A stretch of 37,728 nt of DNA from assembly GCA_964647745.1 (NCBI GenBank), contig CAZYJG010000003.1, positions 1 to 37,728 of the forward strand, in the 5' to 3' direction. The DNA comes from an uncultured Piscirickettsiaceae bacterium. GTDB taxonomy: Bacteria; Pseudomonadota; Gammaproteobacteria; GCF-002020875. Shown here piece by piece: positions 33,349 to 37,728 of the stretch. The stretch's first letter is position 1, and each line of letters begins with the position of its first letter. The translations under genes and the position numbers were made by a program. The notes under the pieces are model-generated. The model was not told the origin of the DNA. It made no database searches and worked only from the letters and a program-made list of their open reading frames with translations.

Positions 33349-33987
33349 GTGAGAGAAGAGAACCCCTTCGAGCGCCATGCGCTCCAGTATGACCAGTGGT
33401 TTGACCGCCACCCGAAAACCTACCAGCTGGAGCTGGGTGCAGTCCGTGAGCTGCTGCCCGCCAATGGAAGGGGGGTGGAGGTGGGGGCTGGAACCGGCCG
33501 CTTTATGGGGCCACTGGGGATCTCATCGGGGATTGAGCCCGCTGCCGCCATGCGCTCCATCGCGTCGGAACGGGGAATCACCCTCAGAGAGGGCATCGCA
33601 GAGGATCTGCCGCTGGAGAGTGAAAGCGTCGACTACCTCCTCCTTGTCACCACACTCTGCTTTGTCACCTCAACAGAAGAGGCGCTGCTGGAGGCCCACC
33701 GGGTACTGAAACCGGACGGCTCCCTGATTATCGGGATGATCGATCGCAACAGTGGACTGGGGGTGAAATACGAACAACATAGTGGGGAGAGCACCTTCTA
33801 CCGCGGCGCAAGCCTCCTCTCGGTGGATGAGACTGTCGAGCTGCTGCAGCAGTCAGGATTTACCGGTTTTCAGTTTAGACAGACGCTACTCCCGGAGAGA
33901 ACCCCGGAAGAGGCAGCGGTCACTGAGGGGCACGGGGAGGGGGGCTTTGTTGCAATCCGCGCCCTGAAGGCGGAAAGGCAGCCATAA
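33349..33987 (+). CDS. Class I SAM-dependent methyltransferase
   Basis: YDQWF, VEVGAGTGRF, AEDLP, EAHRVLKPDG. Confidence 0.9.
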   Translation: MREENPFERHALQYDQWFDRHPKTYQLELGAVRELLPANGRGVEVGAGTGRFMGPLGISSGIEPAAAMRSIASERGITLREGIAEDLPLESESVDYLLLVTTLCFVTSTEEALLEAHRVLKPDGSLIIGMIDRNSGLGVKYEQHSGESTFYRGASLLSVDETVELLQQSGFTGFQFRQTLLPERTPEEAAVTEGHGEGGFVAIRALKAERQP

Positions 33988-34000
33988 CCCCGACAGGCAC

Positions 34001-34342
34001 CTAGAAGACCAATACCTGATCTGCCTCCACCGTCCGCTGGGCAAGCTCCTTCATGGTGCTGCGTTTTGCACCATCGACCACATCCTCATCCCCTATCCCG
34101 CGTGCATCCATACAGGTGCCACACATCAGAACCTCTCCATGGCGAACCACCGCCTTAACCATCAACTCCAGGTTATAAAATCCTTGAGCCACCTGCTGTC
34201 CCTTTCTTGCGCAACCAATGGAATCAGCCATCAGAAAGAGTGTCACCTCTGCCTGACCATAAAGTGCCTTTGCAAGCCGCAACCCATTGTAGCTACGCTC
34301 TGTTCCGTAGGGGGGATCATTCAAAATAATCAGAATTTTCAT
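34001..34342 (-). CDS. DsrE/DsrF-like (YchN family) protein
   Basis: ILNDPPYGTERSYNGLRLA, LFLMAD, CGTCMDARG. Confidence 0.88.
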   Translation of the reverse strand: MKILIILNDPPYGTERSYNGLRLAKALYGQAEVTLFLMADSIGCARKGQQVAQGFYNLELMVKAVVRHGEVLMCGTCMDARGIGDEDVVDGAKRSTMKELAQRTVEADQVLVF

Positions 34343-34376
34343 TCTCTGCTCCTCTCTGTCGACAACTCGCCTCTTC

Positions 34377-34439
34377 TTGACAGCATGCCCAGCGCATGTG
34401 CTAACATCTATGATATGAGTATATGCTCATATCTGTCAA
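34377..34439. promoter_or_regulatory. Overlapping divergent sigma70 promoters with a palindromic operator
   Basis: Plus strand: TTGACA 34377-34382 and TG-n-TAACAT 34399-34407. Minus strand: TTGACA 34439-34434, 18 bp, TATCAT 34415-34410. Palindrome GATATGAG-N6-CTCATATC at 34412-34433. Confidence 0.6.
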
Positions 34440-34458
34440 GGGGACCACTACTGTTGTC

Positions 34459-34866
34459 ATGAAAGAGATCTACAACCACTGGCTGACACTCCTGAAAACC
34501 CTTGGGTTTAACAAGAGAGGTGCCAACTGGAGCATTGACCAACTGGTAGAGCAGTTGCGCGACCATGAACTGCTCTTGCTGGATGTACGGTCAGAAAAGG
34601 ACTACCAGGGGGAGCTGGGGCATATTGCAAACTCAAGAAATCTTCCATTGGAGGTGCTTACAAAGCATCTCCCTGGACTTTCTGGTGATCGGGAGAGAAC
34701 CATCGCGCTGATCTGTACCACAGACAAGCGGTCAAAGAGGGCTGCCAAGCAACTGCGAGCGGATGGGTTCCCCAATATCCACGTGGTGAGTGGCGGAATG
34801 GCTGAGTGGAACAGACAGGGGCTACCTGTAGAAAAAGGAGGGGACGGTGATCAAAGTGATGCGTAA
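34459..34866 (+). CDS. Single-domain rhodanese/sulfurtransferase
   Basis: LLDVRS, GHIANS, active-site loop CTTDKRS, GGMAEW...LPVE. Confidence 0.88.
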   Translation: MKEIYNHWLTLLKTLGFNKRGANWSIDQLVEQLRDHELLLLDVRSEKDYQGELGHIANSRNLPLEVLTKHLPGLSGDRERTIALICTTDKRSKRAAKQLRADGFPNIHVVSGGMAEWNRQGLPVEKGGDGDQSDA

Positions 34867-35126
34867 GCTCTCTGAATGACCGTTAGGCTACTATCTGCCC
34901 TACACCACACTCAGACAGCCTAGAGTGTCATGATATCCCGAGCACGACCCTAATGGGACTCTTGGGATAGTACCTATACTGATGTATTGAGATAAGACCT
35001 AAGTTGTGTACCATACGGTACCCAATAACCATCCATACCCACCCTTCACACAATACAATCCTCAGCCTCAACCAAGGACAACCTGAGGCTGCAGCAACAA
35101 AATACTCCATAACTGGCTGGACGAGC

Positions 35127-35705
35127 ATGCAACAAACAATTGAAACAGTAATTAATCTAATGGCAGCCTCCGCTATAACCGCACCAAAAGCAGGAGGCAA
35201 AGATTGTCTAGAGATCGTGGCATTAACTGAACTGGATGATCTCAAGCGTATAGCAGATGAAATGAGAAAATATGCACACAATAGCTCTAAAGAGAACTAT
35301 TGGCACCGTGACGCAGCAAATGCTGAAAACGCACAAGGACTGCTGTTAATTGGTCTCTCAGGTCCCGTAACTGCCGGCTATGATTGTGGCGGATGTGGCT
35401 ACCAGACATGCCACGATTTTGAACAAAAACGTGAGCTTAAAGATTTTGAAATGGGCTATACCGGACCACATTGCATCATGAGAATGATGGATATTGGTGT
35501 TGCCCTGTCATCTGCAGCCAAAGCAGCCAGTCTCCTCAATATCGACAATCGTGTTCAGCAGAGGGTGGGAGCAGCTGCCCGTGCCTTGGGTTATATCAGC
35601 TGTGAAGTGGCAATGGGCATCCCTATCAGCATAAGCGGAAAGAGTATTTTTTATGATCGCAAGACCCCATCAAAATCGAGCCTGTCCAGCAGAAAATCTG
35701 CTTAA
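35127..35705 (+). CDS. DUF2148-like ferredoxin-domain protein
   Basis: LMAASAITAPKAGGKD, DCGGCGYQTC, GPHC, DIGVALSSA, IDNRV, GIPISISGKSIFYDR. Confidence 0.75.
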   Translation: MQQTIETVINLMAASAITAPKAGGKDCLEIVALTELDDLKRIADEMRKYAHNSSKENYWHRDAANAENAQGLLLIGLSGPVTAGYDCGGCGYQTCHDFEQKRELKDFEMGYTGPHCIMRMMDIGVALSSAAKAASLLNIDNRVQQRVGAAARALGYISCEVAMGIPISISGKSIFYDRKTPSKSSLSSRKSA

Positions 35706-35789
35706 CTGAGCTATAGACTTGCCGCAGTACCTAAACCATATTGACCTTCCCAAAACGACCCTAATGAGGCCTATAGAACAATAAAGGTG

Positions 35790-37728
35790 CTAGCCACGGA
35801 TCCTCTCGCCATAGAGCAGCAGAGTGGCATCCACTGCATCGGCATCATAGAGCGTATCGCGACCGCTGCGGATCTCATCCAGCACCTCCTCAATCGGTCT
35901 CGCCTTGCGGTAGGGACGGTCAGCGGTTGCCGCCTCAAGGGTGTCGGCCACAGCAAGGATCCTCGCCTCCAGCAGGATCTCATCCCCTCTCAGCCCACTC
36001 GGGTATCCAGAGCCATCCAGCCGCTCATGGTGCTGATGCACCATCTCTGCAACCGACCACGGGAAGTTGATCCCCTGCAGGATATTGAAGCCGGCCTTCA
36101 CATGGTCCCTGAGGATCAATCTATCATGGTCGGTGAGAGGCTCTGTTTTTTCAAGAAGGGTGGTCGGGATGCTGTTCTTGCCGATATCGTGGAGCAGTCC
36201 ACCGATGCGGATCCCCTCAATCTGCTGGGTGGAGAGGTTCATTGCGGTCGCAATCTCGGCCGCGATCCTTGATACATTTTTCTGATGGTTGGCGGTATAG
36301 GGGTCCCGTTGGTCGATCGTGGTGCTCAGCGCCTCGATGGTCTCCAGCAGCAGATCCCCCCGCTGCTTCTCCTCCTCGGTCATCAGCTGGCGGCCACGCA
36401 GGTCCTCGGCAGTCTGGCTCGATGCCGCCCACTCCCGCATGATCTCTCTGTTGTAGGAGTGATAGCTGCCCCTTTGGAGCCGCTTGCAGTAGTACATCGT
36501 GATATCGGCATAGCGAATGAGGTCCTCGAGCGTTTTGGCATCATCCGGATAGTAGCTTCCTCCCACGGTAAGACCGACCCTCACCGGGGTGCCATCAAGC
36601 TCATATGGGGCAGATACGGTCGTGATTAAGTTGTCTGCAATACGTGCCACATCCCTACTCTCGCCGCACTCCTCAAGGATCAGCACAAACTCATCCCCAC
36701 CCCAGCGACAGAGGATATCCGTCTCCCGTATGCTCTCCCTTAGTCGGGAGGCGACCTTCTCAAGTATCCTGTCACCGGCACTGTGTCCATGGAGGTCGTT
36801 GACAGCCTTGAACCCATCCAGATCCATGAAGAGCAGACAGGTGCGGTACCTGCCCCTTGATGACCTTCTGAGTACCTGTCTGCCCAGCTCCATCAACAGA
36901 TTCCGGTTGGGGAGCCCTGTCAGAGGGTCATGGGTTGCCTGCACCTCCGCAACCTTCCGCTCCTCTTCAGCCACAAGGCGACCGTTGCGCTCGGCCTTTA
37001 TCTCTGTTTCGGCTCGTGAGGTGCGCAGAGAGAAGTAGACGCCACCGATCAGGAACAACAGGAGGGCGGTCAGGAGTGTGGTCCAGTAGATCACCCGTAC
37101 CCGCAGATAGGTCTGAAAACCATCCTTGTAGTCGATCTCGGAGATGATCCCTATCTCCAGCTCCTTGTAGTCGGACCACGCCCCAACAACCGGCACCCCA
37201 CGATAATCGAGGTAGGGGGTCAGTTGTGAGCCGCTCTCTCCCTTCAGTATCATGCTGGCTGCATGGGTAAAGGGAGCTGCCTCCGCCTGAGCCGGGTCGG
37301 TGGGCGGTTTGATGGGGAGCCCGATCGAGCTTGGTCTCTCTCTCGAGATCAGACCCAACCGGATCAGGTCATCATGAAAGCGGCTCTCGCTGACCATTAT
37401 CCCCTCCCGATCGCAGATCAGGTAGGTCTCTCCACTCTTGCTCAATCGCGCACTGTCCGGAACCTTCGTCCAACCCTTCTGGTTTATGTGGAAGGCAAGC
37501 ACAGCGATTACCTTCTGGTTGTGGTCTCTAATCGGGCTCATTACGAATGGGGTGGGGAACCAGAGGCCGGTTTCAACATCCCATGCAATGGGTGAGGTGA
37601 TGAATGTATCTCCCGACAGTGCGCGCTGTAGGTATGGATCGATCTGTTCCGGCAGCCGCTGGTAGTCCTTTATTCCGCGGTAGGAGGCGATCCGCATATG
37701 GTCAGGGGTTGCAACAAAGAAGCCAATG
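35790..37728 (-). CDS. Membrane sensor with Cache-like periplasmic region, GGDEF and HD-GYP domains (5'-partial; frame is open to the window end)
   Basis: YLDYRGVPVVGAW (Cache-like), TM helix, HDPLTGLPNR, DLDGFKAVND, RETD...RWGGDEF, HDIGK, HHERLDGSGYP. Confidence 0.92.
   Translation of the reverse strand, partial: IGFFVATPDHMRIASYRGIKDYQRLPEQIDPYLQRALSGDTFITSPIAWDVETGLWFPTPFVMSPIRDHNQKVIAVLAFHINQKGWTKVPDSARLSKSGETYLICDREGIMVSESRFHDDLIRLGLISRERPSSIGLPIKPPTDPAQAEAAPFTHAASMILKGESGSQLTPYLDYRGVPVVGAWSDYKELEIGIISEIDYKDGFQTYLRVRVIYWTTLLTALLLFLIGGVYFSLRTSRAETEIKAERNGRLVAEEERKVAEVQATHDPLTGLPNRNLLMELGRQVLRRSSRGRYRTCLLFMDLDGFKAVNDLHGHSAGDRILEKVASRLRESIRETDILCRWGGDEFVLILEECGESRDVARIADNLITTVSAPYELDGTPVRVGLTVGGSYYPDDAKTLEDLIRYADITMYYCKRLQRGSYHSYNREIMREWAASSQTAEDLRGRQLMTEEEKQRGDLLLETIEALSTTIDQRDPYTANHQKNVSRIAAEIATAMNLSTQQIEGIRIGGLLHDIGKNSIPTTLLEKTEPLTDHDRLILRDHVKAGFNILQGINFPWSVAEMVHQHHERLDGSGYPSGLRGDEILLEARILAVADTLEAATADRPYRKARPIEEVLDEIRSGRDTLYDADAVDATLLLYGERIRG

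Overview
GC-rich, mostly chromosomal window from a gammaproteobacterium. The gene content suggests a hydrogen- and sulfur-oxidising chemolithotroph (inference). The left end carries the 3' part of a self-splicing group I intron (1-154) and the 3' exon of its host tRNA, most likely tRNA-Ile2(CAU) (155-194). A perfect 136-bp tandem array follows (173-607). Each unit re-creates the tRNA 3' half with a 58-nt four-hairpin insert in the T-loop. Next come a secreted protein built from ~70-aa repeats that I do not recognise, an XRE regulator, an HTH/coiled-coil protein surrounded by TGAGAC motifs, and tsaC. An orphan pilQ (no pilMNOP, apparently no canonical start codon) precedes aroK-aroB-dgt. The centre holds a group 3b [NiFe]-hydrogenase operon (beta-gamma-delta-alpha-protease) led by a mini HupE/UreJ-like ORF, divergent from hypABCDE-arfB-hypF. 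The right part has a cytochrome c lipoprotein, a WGR-like protein, an RND pair, gltBD, malic enzyme, a methyltransferase, a divergent DsrE/rhodanese pair, an AT-richer DUF2148-like gene and a partial sensor GGDEF/HD-GYP gene. All calls come from reading the sequence and recalled family motifs; no searches were run.
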